DNA of 64,000 nt from Novosphingobium sp. 32-60-15. Its GTDB lineage: Bacteria > Pseudomonadota > Alphaproteobacteria > Sphingomonadales > Sphingomonadaceae. Made by a program: the position numbers and the translations under genes. The notes beneath the pieces are model-generated. The model was given only the letters and a program-made list of their open reading frames with translations. It searched no databases and was not told the origin of the DNA. Positions 1 to 9,500 of this stretch are shown piece by piece; positions within the stretch are counted from its first letter, which is position 1, and every line of letters starts with the position of its first letter. The stretch spans positions 73,299 to 137,298 of the forward strand of contig NZ_NCEN01000021.1 in NCBI RefSeq assembly GCF_002280675.1, given 5' to 3'.

Positions 1-7
1 TGTCATG

Positions 8-181
8 TTTCACGCAGAGACGCAGAGAAGAAGTGGAGGCGCGGAGAGGTTGGGTTTGGGGGCGAAGCTGTTGTTTCAAGGCTGACATAGCCGTATTGTT
101 TATGGCCGGATTTTTGGATGGCCTTGCGGCAAAGACTGCCCCCTCCGCGCCTCCACTTCTTCTCTGCGCCTCTGCGTGAAA
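8..181. repeat. REP/MITE-like long inverted repeat (type A)
   Basis: 39-bp arm 8-46 (TTTCACGCAGAGACGCAGAGAAGAAGTGGAGGCGCGGAG) matches the reverse complement of 143-181 with one mismatch; 96-bp spacer. Confidence 0.9.
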
Positions 182-375
182 CCCTTTCATTTCTTTATTC
201 AAACCGACAGAGCCTGTTGAGCGATGGATGCTGAAACGAGTTGAGCATGACGGGGTGGGGCTTTGCAAACCCATCGTGTTTGCCAACGGCGTAAGTCCCG
301 ACCGAAAGCAAAAACGTTCAACTCCGGAAATGTGGTTAACCCCAAAGTAGGACTTCGCGGGCTATACTTTTCATG

Positions 376-404
376 CCGGGGCCTCATGTGATCCCCGGTT
401 TTTT
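376..404 (+). terminator. Intrinsic-terminator-like hairpin upstream of the PilZ gene
   Basis: CCGGGG-11 nt-CCCCGG followed by six T. Confidence 0.5.
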
Positions 405-433
405 GCCGAGAACACCACGCAAGGGGATTTGGC

Positions 434-1039
434 TTGGCCCGCAATGACGAACGCCTTCCCGATGTATCGGACGGTCGGAGCGATCAGGATCAACGTACCC
501 GCGAATTTCTCTGCATCATTCGCGATGCATCATCGATGGGCGTCAAAGTCCGCCTGTTTTCGCCCCTGCCAGACCAATACAGCACGATCCTTGTCGAAAT
601 GAGCAATGGTGATTGCTACCCCCTGGAAGTGATCTGGAAAGAGGGTGAATACGCAGGTTTGCGCTTTGTTGACGAGGTGAACCTTGAAGGTTTGCTGGAC
701 GAAAACAGTGGCGCATACCCGAAACGGCAGGTCCGGCTGCGGGTTCAACTCGATGCCATGCTCCATTCCGGCGGCGAGGCGGTGAGCGTGGGGTTCAGGG
801 ACATTTCGCAACGCGGTGGCAGTGTCGCGTGTGACAAGTGGCTGTTAATGAACGAGTTGGTGCGCATTGAAGCCGGGGCCTTGCCCACAATCTATGCCAA
901 AGTGCGCTGGCGCAATCATCCGCACTATGGATTGCTGTTTGAACAGACCTTCCAGCTTGATGAATTGGCGCGGATTACAGCGCCATTGCAACCCGATGAG
1001 GGCCAGTCTGGTAACATCGCAAATAAGCTGCACGGATAA
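434..1039 (+). CDS. Tandem PilZ-domain protein (putative c-di-GMP effector)
   Basis: Two DxSxxG motifs (DASSMG, DISQRG), KRQVR before the second domain, and the two-domain pattern typical of sphingomonad PilZ proteins. TTG start uncertain. Confidence 0.75.
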   Translation: MARNDERLPDVSDGRSDQDQRTREFLCIIRDASSMGVKVRLFSPLPDQYSTILVEMSNGDCYPLEVIWKEGEYAGLRFVDEVNLEGLLDENSGAYPKRQVRLRVQLDAMLHSGGEAVSVGFRDISQRGGSVACDKWLLMNELVRIEAGALPTIYAKVRWRNHPHYGLLFEQTFQLDELARITAPLQPDEGQSGNIANKLHG

Positions 1040-1078
1040 GGCCGAAACAGGCACTTTTCGCGCATCCGCACGCTGTTG

Positions 1079-1093
1079 TTAACCAAGTCTTAG
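1079..1093. promoter_or_regulatory. CtrA-like box
   Basis: TTAA-CCAAGTC-TTAG, one mismatch from TTAA-N7-TTAA, 53 bp upstream of the ATG at 1147. Confidence 0.4.
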
Positions 1094-1146
1094 CCATTTT
1101 TGTTCACCTCTGAAGGCCAGCGAATAGCGCTTGGACGGGGGCTTCG

Positions 1147-2778
1147 ATGGTTAGCGGTGAGAAGGTGGTTGAGGGCCGGTCCGGGCAAAGTGGCGCGCAG
1201 ACCCGCAAGGTTGACGTGGCCATCATCGGCGCGGGCCCTGCAGGCCTTACCGCAGGCTATCTTTTGACCCGGCGCGGATTTTCGGTGGCGATCATCGAGA
1301 AAGACCAGACTTATGTCGGCGGTATCAGCCGCACGGTCGAGCATGAAGGCTACCGGTTCGATATCGGCGGCCACCGCTTCTTCTCGAAATCCAAGCAAGT
1401 GGTGGACTTGTGGAACGAGATTTTGCCCGATGATTTCATCCAGCGCCCGCGGATGAGCCGCATCTATTACGAGGGCAAGTTTTACTCCTATCCGTTGCGG
1501 GCGTTCGAAGCGCTGTGGAACCTTGGCATAATGCGTTCCGCTTTGTGCATGGCAAGCTTTGCGCAGGCCAAGGCCTTTCCCAACCGCAATGTGAAAAGCT
1601 TTGAGGACTGGACCATCAACCAGTTCGGCCAGAAACTCTATTCCATCTTTTTCAAGACTTACACCGAGAAGGTGTGGGGCATGCCCTGCGATGAAATGAG
1701 CGCGGACTGGGCGGCCCAACGTATCAAGGGCCTTTCGCTGTGGGGCGCGGTTGTCGATGGTCTCAAGCGCAGCCTGGGCCTGAACAAGCGCCCGAACGAT
1801 GGCATGCAGACCAAGACTTTGCTGGAAACCTTCCGCTATCCGCGCCTTGGCCCCGGCATGATGTGGGACGCCGCGCGCGACAAGATCCTTGCGACGGGCA
1901 AGGGCGAAGTGTTGATGGGCCATGCCTTCAAGCAACTCGCCGCAGATGGGCAGGGCGGTTGGCGTTTGTCGGCCAGCAATGCAAACGGCGGCGAAGTGAT
2001 GATCGAGGCGGCCCATGCGATCAGTTCGGCGCCAATGCGTGAACTGGCCGCGCGGCTGCATCCGCTGCCCGCGTCCTCGCTTGAGGGCAGCCGCTTGCGC
2101 TATCGCGATTTCCTGACCGTTGCGTTGAAGATCCGGTCGGAAGAGCTGTTTCCCGATAACTGGATCTATATTCACGATAGCAAAGTGAAGGTGGGCCGCA
2201 TCCAGAACTTCCGCTCATGGTCACCCGAAATGGTGCCCGATGAAAGCGTGGCGTGCGTGGGGCTGGAATATTTCTGCTTTGAAGGGGACGCGCTGTGGGA
2301 TTCATCGGACGATGATCTGATTGCGCTGGCGACCCGCGAAATGGCGATCCTTGGCCTGGTCAGCCCGGACAAGGTCATCGGCGGCGTGGTGGTGCGACAG
2401 GAAAAGGCCTATCCGGTTTACGACGATGAATATGCCGCCAATGTTGATGCAATGCGCAGTGAACTGGAAGCCGCGCACCCGACGTTGCACCTTGTCGGGC
2501 GCAACGGGATGCACCGCTATAACAATCAGGACCACGCGATGATGACCGCGATGCTGACGGTGGAAAACATCGCTGCAGGCGCGCGGATTTACGATACGTG
2601 GTGCGTCAACGAAGACGCCGAATATCATGAGGCTGGTGACGAGGGCGCTGAAAAGGCGATCCCTACCCGCGTTGCGGTAACGCCCGATCAGGCCGCTGCG
2701 CTGGCATCGGTGCGCGATGTGCCTGAACGCATCGTGCCGGATAAATCTGCCGCCAAGCCCGCATCAAAGGCCGCTTGA
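1147..2778 (+). CDS. FAD-dependent oxidoreductase, UDP-galactopyranose-mutase-like (often mislabelled protoporphyrinogen oxidase)
   Basis: GAGPAG dinucleotide fold, [16 protein letters not shown], and a C-terminal [13 protein letters not shown] resembling the GR...Y..NQDH signature of UGM-type flavoenzymes. Confidence 0.7.
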   Translation: MVSGEKVVEGRSGQSGAQTRKVDVAIIGAGPAGLTAGYLLTRRGFSVAIIEKDQTYVGGISRTVEHEGYRFDIGGHRFFSKSKQVVDLWNEILPDDFIQRPRMSRIYYEGKFYSYPLRAFEALWNLGIMRSALCMASFAQAKAFPNRNVKSFEDWTINQFGQKLYSIFFKTYTEKVWGMPCDEMSADWAAQRIKGLSLWGAVVDGLKRSLGLNKRPNDGMQTKTLLETFRYPRLGPGMMWDAARDKILATGKGEVLMGHAFKQLAADGQGGWRLSASNANGGEVMIEAAHAISSAPMRELAARLHPLPASSLEGSRLRYRDFLTVALKIRSEELFPDNWIYIHDSKVKVGRIQNFRSWSPEMVPDESVACVGLEYFCFEGDALWDSSDDDLIALATREMAILGLVSPDKVIGGVVVRQEKAYPVYDDEYAANVDAMRSELEAAHPTLHLVGRNGMHRYNNQDHAMMTAMLTVENIAAGARIYDTWCVNEDAEYHEAGDEGAEKAIPTRVAVTPDQAAALASVRDVPERIVPDKSAAKPASKAA

Positions 2779-2797
2779 TCCAGCCATAACCGGGATA

Positions 2798-3199
2798 ATG
2801 CTGCCGATGATCAACCGTCTGCGCCGCATGTTGCTTTTGCGCTACCTGCTCGCCAGTCTTGGCGCGCTGGCGGTGGATATGGGATCATTCCTTGCGCTGC
2901 TGGCGCTGGGGATTGCGCCTGTGCTTGCCTCGGCCGCAGGATATTCGCTGGGCATTGTGGCGCATTGGCTGCTTTCAAGCCGGGCGGTGTTTGCCGATAG
3001 TGTTGCCGAAGAGCGGGGCGCGCGGACGCGGCAAAAGGCGCTGTTCGTGGGGTCTGCGCTGATCGGCCTTGCGCTGACCACCCTGATCGTGGGGATGGGG
3101 ACAGCGCTGGGCATGGATTCGCGGGCGTCCAAAATCCTCGCCATCGCCGTCAGCTTTACCGCGACGTGGCTGCTGCGCAAACGGATTGTCTTTCAATGA
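2798..3199 (+). CDS. GtrA-family membrane protein (lipid-linked sugar translocase-like)
   Basis: About 133 aa, four hydrophobic helices, RYLLAS N-terminus and WLLRKRIVF C-terminus typical of GtrA; stop overlaps the next ATG (ATGA). Confidence 0.85.
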   Translation: MLPMINRLRRMLLLRYLLASLGALAVDMGSFLALLALGIAPVLASAAGYSLGIVAHWLLSSRAVFADSVAEERGARTRQKALFVGSALIGLALTTLIVGMGTALGMDSRASKILAIAVSFTATWLLRKRIVFQ

Positions 3200-4995
3200 G
3201 GGCGATTCAGGCCGGAGCGCCTTTCACCAAAGACCGCGCCAAAACGCCCGTTGTTGCGGTGCTGCTGCTGTGGGCTGTCACGTCTGTATTGATGATGGTG
3301 GCGATGCGCGGGAGCATTGGTCCTACCGGGTTCATGGATGCTGACGATGCCTTGCGTATGCAGCAGGTCCGCGATCTGCTGAACGGGCAGGGCTGGTTTG
3401 ATCTTCACCAGTATCGCATTGCCCCGCCCGATGGAGTGGCGATGCACTGGACGCGCATCGTGGATATCCCGCTGGCCGTGGTCATCCTGCTGTTCCGCCC
3501 GTTTCTGGGGCAGGCGCAGGCCGAGATCATGGCCATTGTGCTGGTGCCGTTGCTGACTTTGGCTTCGGCCATGCTGCTGAGCGCGCGTCTGGCCGCGCGC
3601 CAGTTTGGCACATTATCGGGCATTATTGCCGCGCAAATGGTGGTTGCCGCCATTCCTGCCTCTATCCGCATGATGCCGCTGACGATTGATCACCACGGCT
3701 GGCAATTCGTCCTCGCGCTTGTCGCGCTGAACGGCATGGCCTCGCGCGGGGAGCGTGTGGGCGGGGCTGTTGCCGGGTTGGCGCTGGCGCTGGCTTTGGC
3801 GATTTCGCTGGAATCACTGCCTTTGGCGATCATCTTTGCCGGGGTTTGCACCTTGCGCCTGTTGCGCGGACAGCGCGAGTGGCTGGGCGCTTACATGGCC
3901 AGTCTCGGCCTGGCGAGCGCGGTCCTTTTCCTGCTGACGCGCGGGCTGTCAGACCTTGCCGATCACTGCGATGCCGTTTCGCCGGTGCATGTGATGGTCC
4001 TGTTGTGGAGCGCGGGTTGCTGTTGTTTGCTGCTGCCGCGCCTGCGCCGTCGGCCTCCGGCGTTAAGCCTGATTGTGCTGGCCGGTGTCGGCCTTGGCGC
4101 GCTGGCGCTGATGGCAGCGCGCGCGCCGCAATGTGTGGGATTGGACGCGTTTGCCGCGCTTGATCCGCTGGTCAAGAACGTGTGGCTGGATTCGGTGTCC
4201 GAAGGTTTGCCCGTTTGGCGGCAAGTCCTGCTTGTCAGCGCCACTATGGTGCTGCTGCCATTGTTCGGCCTGATCGCCTGCTGGCGGTTGTGGCGTAATG
4301 CTCAGGATCAGGCGAGCCGCGATTGGTGGCTGGATATGGCGCTGCTGCTGGCGGGGGCGACCGTGGTCGGCCTGCTGGTCACGCGCGCTTCTGCGGTTTC
4401 CTGCCTTTTCGCGACGATCCCGGCGGCTTGGCAGTTCCGTGCGCAAGTTTCCGCGTGGCAGGCTGATCCTCTGGTCTTGCGCAGACTGGGGCGGATGGTG
4501 TTTCTGGTGGTACTTCTGGTGCCGGGCGTGGCCATTGGCCTTGCGGGAGAGGCTGTGATGCGCCAACCGGCCCGGTCAACGGCGATGGAGCGGTGCAAAC
4601 TTCCCGCGGCCCTGCCCGCGCTGGGCCGCGTGCCCACCACCATAATCCTGTCAGGGCTGGATCTGGGCCCGGCCATATTGGTCAACACCCCGCATACCGT
4701 GGTTGCCACTGCGCATCACCGCGCAAGCGATGCCATGCGCGATCTGCTCGTTGCGTTTCTGGGGCCAGACCACGGCGCCCGCGCCATCATGGCCCGTCGC
4801 GGCGCAACCATGGTGGTCATTTGCCCGACAGATGGCGAGGCGCAGCTCTATAGCCGCCTTGCGCCCGACGGCTTCATGGCCCACCTCATCGCGGGCAAAG
4901 CGACTGCGTGGCTGGAACCCATGCCTTTGGCCGCTTCCGGCGGGATCAGGATGTGGCGGGTGCGTCTTGCCCCGGTGCCCGATAGCGCGCGATAA
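3196..4995 (+). CDS. Multi-pass membrane protein, GT-C fold, STT3/AglB-like glycosyltransferase
   Basis: About 12 TM helices; acidic first loop (DADD); R-x6-DHH motif (IRMMPLTIDHHGWQ); C-terminal soluble domain with ILSGLDLGP in the position of VLSWWDYGH. Confidence 0.6.
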   Translation: MRAIQAGAPFTKDRAKTPVVAVLLLWAVTSVLMMVAMRGSIGPTGFMDADDALRMQQVRDLLNGQGWFDLHQYRIAPPDGVAMHWTRIVDIPLAVVILLFRPFLGQAQAEIMAIVLVPLLTLASAMLLSARLAARQFGTLSGIIAAQMVVAAIPASIRMMPLTIDHHGWQFVLALVALNGMASRGERVGGAVAGLALALALAISLESLPLAIIFAGVCTLRLLRGQREWLGAYMASLGLASAVLFLLTRGLSDLADHCDAVSPVHVMVLLWSAGCCCLLLPRLRRRPPALSLIVLAGVGLGALALMAARAPQCVGLDAFAALDPLVKNVWLDSVSEGLPVWRQVLLVSATMVLLPLFGLIACWRLWRNAQDQASRDWWLDMALLLAGATVVGLLVTRASAVSCLFATIPAAWQFRAQVSAWQADPLVLRRLGRMVFLVVLLVPGVAIGLAGEAVMRQPARSTAMERCKLPAALPALGRVPTTIILSGLDLGPAILVNTPHTVVATAHHRASDAMRDLLVAFLGPDHGARAIMARRGATMVVICPTDGEAQLYSRLAPDGFMAHLIAGKATAWLEPMPLAASGGIRMWRVRLAPVPDSAR

Positions 4996-6427
4996 ACGGG
5001 GCGAGGTGCCCGCGGTAAACATCGCCCAGGCCGATTGCGCCAGTGTTGATCGGTTCGCGCACCTGCATGACGCTGGCGGTGGATACGACGCGCCGGGTTT
5101 CGTGCGGGCGGAACACTTGCGGTTCTTCGGGCAAGTGGCAATGCGCAAGGATGCGGCGAATGTGGTCGTCAGGATGGCGCACCAGATCTTCGTAATCGAC
5201 GACAAGAATGCGGTCTGGAAACAGCGCGGTCCAGTGGCGGAAGAGTTCGTCCTCCAGCGTAAAGTGTTGCGCGATATCGGCAAGGTCCCAACTCCAATCG
5301 AGCCCTTGCAGGAAGTAGGTGCGAAAGGCTGACCATGCGCAGTCCACCGGATCACGCCGCAGCCAGATGATCGGCGCTTGTGGCAGCAGGGCGGCAATCA
5401 GACCCATGAACCGGCTGGTATTCAACGCCTTGTCAACAAAGCGGCCCTGTTTGCCAAAGCGTTCCTGGCCCAGATGAATGTAAAGGGCGGCAAGGTCATC
5501 GGCATGGCCGCCCGCAGCCAGATAGCTTGCCAGACCAGCGCCGCCACTGCCGGGCAAATCGCGCTGCACCACCGCCATGCGGCCCATTTCCTCGCCGCCG
5601 GTAACAGCAGAATGGCTGACGAGAATCTGTTCGACCAGCGTCGTGCCCGAACGGGGCAGGCCTGTGACAAAGATCGGCGCGCTGGTATCGATCGACACCC
5701 CGGCATTCACGCGATCAACGAAGGCCCGGTCGAAGCCATCGCGGCATTGCGCGGCATCCCGCACGTCGGCGGCGGCATCGTACGGACGCCATGTGCGGAC
5801 AAGCGCAGCACCTTGGGCAAAGTGGCGGAAGGCGACGTCCGGTTCCTTGCGGTCAAAATGGACCCGCCCGGCGGCATAGTGATAATGCGCGCGTTCAAGG
5901 GCGGGAGCGCCTGCCATAGCCGTTTCAGCGGCAAGAATGCGGTCGCCGACAGGATCGCCCGCCGTGCGCTTTCTGGCTGCGGAAAGGGAAAGCATGGCCT
6001 GCCCCAATTGCGGGTCAACATCCAGCGCTGCCAGAAGTTGCCGCTCGGACTCCTCCATTTGCCCCATGTTCACGGCAATTGTGCCGCGAATGTAATGGTG
6101 GCCCGATGGGGTGGGCACGCCGAAGGGCACGTGGCCCATGGTTTCCTGTGCGCGTTCCAGTTGCCCGGTCTGGGCCAGCATCGCAGCCTGAAGAAAGCGG
6201 GCCTGCGGATCGGCCGGATAATGGGCGACATAACGCGCCATCGCATCATTGGCGGCGGTATATTCGCCATTGGTTTGCATGACTTTGGCGATGGAATGCC
6301 AGTTTTTGCCAAGCGGCGGATTGCCTTCAAGCAAAGCGAAAGCAGCGGCATTGGCATCGCGCCTGTTGCGGCGTTCAAGGGCGCTGACGAAGGTGCGCAG
6401 CAACTGCGCGGCTTGCTCGGAAGTCAT
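4946..6427 (-). CDS. TPR-repeat sulfotransferase family protein
   Basis: N-terminal TPR-like helices; 5'-PSB loop GLPRSGTTLVEQIL; 3'-PB motif RRDPVDCAWS. Confidence 0.9.
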   Translation of the reverse strand: MTSEQAAQLLRTFVSALERRNRRDANAAAFALLEGNPPLGKNWHSIAKVMQTNGEYTAANDAMARYVAHYPADPQARFLQAAMLAQTGQLERAQETMGHVPFGVPTPSGHHYIRGTIAVNMGQMEESERQLLAALDVDPQLGQAMLSLSAARKRTAGDPVGDRILAAETAMAGAPALERAHYHYAAGRVHFDRKEPDVAFRHFAQGAALVRTWRPYDAAADVRDAAQCRDGFDRAFVDRVNAGVSIDTSAPIFVTGLPRSGTTLVEQILVSHSAVTGGEEMGRMAVVQRDLPGSGGAGLASYLAAGGHADDLAALYIHLGQERFGKQGRFVDKALNTSRFMGLIAALLPQAPIIWLRRDPVDCAWSAFRTYFLQGLDWSWDLADIAQHFTLEDELFRHWTALFPDRILVVDYEDLVRHPDDHIRRILAHCHLPEEPQVFRPHETRRVVSTASVMQVREPINTGAIGLGDVYRGHLAPFIARYRAPGQDAPATS

Positions 6428-6455
6428 GCAGGTTGCCTATAGAAAAGCGCCGGGC

Positions 6456-6488
6456 AAAAAAAGAGGGGCGGCCCGAAAGCCACCCCTC
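6456..6488 (-). terminator. Rho-independent terminator of the TonB-dependent receptor
   Basis: Minus strand reads GAGGGGTGGC-TTTCGG-GCCGCCCCTC-TTTTTTT. Confidence 0.85.
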
Positions 6489-6514
6489 CGTTTTACACGG
6501 TATTTCGCTTCAGA

Positions 6515-9500
6515 TCAGAAATTGATGCCGAACTGGAAGCGGAAGAAGCGCGGCTGCTGGTACGACAGCGGGGTGCCATAGTCACCGCGTGGACGACCGT
6601 TGCCCTGCGTTCCCAATTCGCGAACGTCGAGTACGCCCTGCTGGTTGAAGACGTTGAACACGTCGACACGGAAGGTACCTTCAAACGCGTCGGTTGGCAG
6701 TGTGAATACGGCCGACACGTTGGTGAAGATGTTCCAGTCTGATTCAAGCTGCGAACCACGTGGCGTGAGCGAAAGGCTCGTTCCCGCTGCGTTGTTCTGG
6801 AATGCCTTGAATGCAGGGTTGGTGATCACGTTACCCGAGGAGTCCACGTTGCAGTAGAAACCTGCCGCGCCATATGCACCAGCGAATGGATCAACCGATA
6901 CTGGTACGCGACCGATGCAGCCAAACTTGCGTGGCGACACTGCTTGGAATTGCGTGCCAAGTGTTAGCCAATCGGCAATCTTGTAAGAGCCAAAGACCTT
7001 GAACTTGTGACGCGCGTCGCTTGGCAGGTAGCCATAGGCACCGTTGACGAGACCCGGTTGGTCGAATGCGGTGGTCAGACCCGAGTCGGTCTGGCTGTTA
7101 TCCGAACGGATACCGCCTTCGATGTTACCTTCAGACTTCGACCATGTGTACGAAGCAGAAAGGCTCCACGTGCCATCAAAGTCACGATCAAACGTGGCGG
7201 TGATTGCCTTGTAGGTACGACGTGCCCGCGGATAGCCAAGATCAGCTGCCGAGAAGTCGATCGTACGCAGAGTGGTTTCACCGTTGACCGGATCCGACAG
7301 AGTGATCTGCGCATCGCGACCTGGGTTTGCCAGCACATACTGGTGGAAGCCTGACCAGATCGGGCTACCCGATGCAGTCGTGCAATCAAGGCTGTTGTCG
7401 TCGCAATACTTGTTTACAGCAGCATCGATTGCAATGTCTTCGAGCGAGTCATTCAGCTTACGATACTGGCCGAACAGACCAACGCGAATGCCGTTGCCAA
7501 GCTGATGTTCGAAGCCGAGCACGAATTCGTCAACCGACTGCGGACGCAGGTTCTTCGAAACGGTAGCGATGGTTGGCGTTGCTACACCATCCGAGATGAT
7601 ATCGCAGTTGCGAACATTGGTGTCGGGGCATGGTGCCGCGTCAGCAAAGCCCAAAACCGGCGCACCAAGGATTGGAGTACCGTCAGGATTTACGCCCGAA
7701 ACAAGATTGTAGCGGGTGTAATCGAGTTCAGCACCGGCCAAACGAATGTTGGTGTTGGCAACGACAGGCAGGAAGTAACGGCCATAAGAACCGTAAATCT
7801 TCGTGCGCTTGTCACCGAACGGGTCGAATGTGGCCGCAAGGCGTGGCGCCCACTGGTTGCCCGACTTGTAGTATGTTTCGCCGTTCACGTTGTTGTTCGA
7901 GAAGCGGTCATTACGTACGCCAAGGTTCAGGACCAGACGGTTGTCGAACAGTGACCAGCTGTCTTGCAGGTAGAACGCTTCGTTGCGCGAGGTGAAAACA
8001 CCACCGTTAATGAAGGTACGGCCCGTGACATACAGCGTGTTTGGCGTTGTTACATATACGTCGCCCGAACCCGAGTTCACATATGTGTAAGCAACATTGC
8101 CGGTGTAGCTGCTGGTGGAGTCAGTCGTCAGGTTTTCGCGGTCGTAACCTGCCTTGAAGTGGTGCTCACCAAAGGCATTTACGAACAGTTCGACGTCACC
8201 ACGGTAGAATTCGCGGGTGTCGAGGTTGGTTTCGATACCTTGGATTGGGTTACCCGAAAGCGCAGGGCTGAAGTTGCCCGACGTGTCGCTGATGAACGGA
8301 TAGTTCGGCTGCGAAGAACCGGCAATGTATTGGCTCTTGTTCTTGCCGTAAGCGCCCGAAATCGTGAGGAAGTCGGTAAGCTGGCCGGTGTAGCGGCCTA
8401 CGAAGTTTTCGCCGCCTTCTTCGATGATGGCCGTGCTCTGATACGCGCCGCGAACAACGCCGGTGTCAACGCGCGAATCGTAGCCGCCGCCTGTGGTGTC
8501 GGTTACGCCAAACGAATCACGATAGGTCTGCTGCGTCGAGTTGAAGTAGGTAAACTCGAGGCGATGACCGTCAAATGGCAGGAAGTCGAGCTTGCCGCCG
8601 TAGAATGGCGAACGGATCTTGTCTTCAAGACGACGCAGGCCGGTGCTGTAGGGTTGGACCTGCAGACGGTCGAGCGGATCGGCGCTGGCTGGATCATCAA
8701 TCGTGGTGTTAGGATTGGTGGTCAACTGCGTATCACCAAACTTGTTATAGTTCGTTTGGTAGAAACCGTAGAAGAACAGTCGATCCTTGATGATTGGGCC
8801 GGAAAGGCTGAAAATTGCCTGAATCTGTTCGCGTGAATCTTGATCGTTCTGGTCGATCAGGGTGTTCTTGCGATCTTCTGTCAGGCCATCGGGCTGCCAG
8901 TTTACCAAGATGCCGCCGTGGAATTCGTTGCCGCCCGACTTGGTAACAGCGTTGATGAAGCCGCCGGTGAAGCGACCGAATTCAGCAGGAACGCCGCCGT
9001 TCTTGACTTCAACCGTCTGATAGAATTCGAAAGGAACCGTGACAGAGCCGAGGCCTTCACGGAAATCGGTGATGTTCAGTCCGTTGACGAAGAACGTGTT
9101 TTCTGAAACCGAACCGCCTGAAATTGAGGGCAAACTGCCGAATGCGCTGTCGCCCTGGCTGGTGCCGGGAGCAAGCAGAATGACCGAGGTAAGATCGCGT
9201 GCAACGGGGATACGCTCTGCAACGTCGGCGACCGAGATGACTTGGCCCGTGGTGGTGCGGTCAAAATCGGAAACGCGGATGCGCTGACCGGTAACGACGA
9301 TCGAGCCATCAGCCGATGCGGTGCCGGCGCCTGCTGGTGCAAGTCGGAACGAGTTGCCGCCTTCAGACTGCGTGATGCGGACTGCCGGATCGGTGAAGGT
9401 TGAATAACCGTCAGCCGTTACGGTGAAGGTGTATGTGCCCTGTGGCAGGGTGGGGATGCGGTAGTTGCCCGAAGAATCGGTTGTGACCGAGCGGGTAAAG

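Noticed and set aside
250-320. c-di-GMP-I riboswitch upstream of the PilZ gene
   Set aside because: GCAAAC and GAAA fragments are present, but the GGCAAACC-N-GAAA-N-GGGACGCAAAGC architecture and pairing are not.
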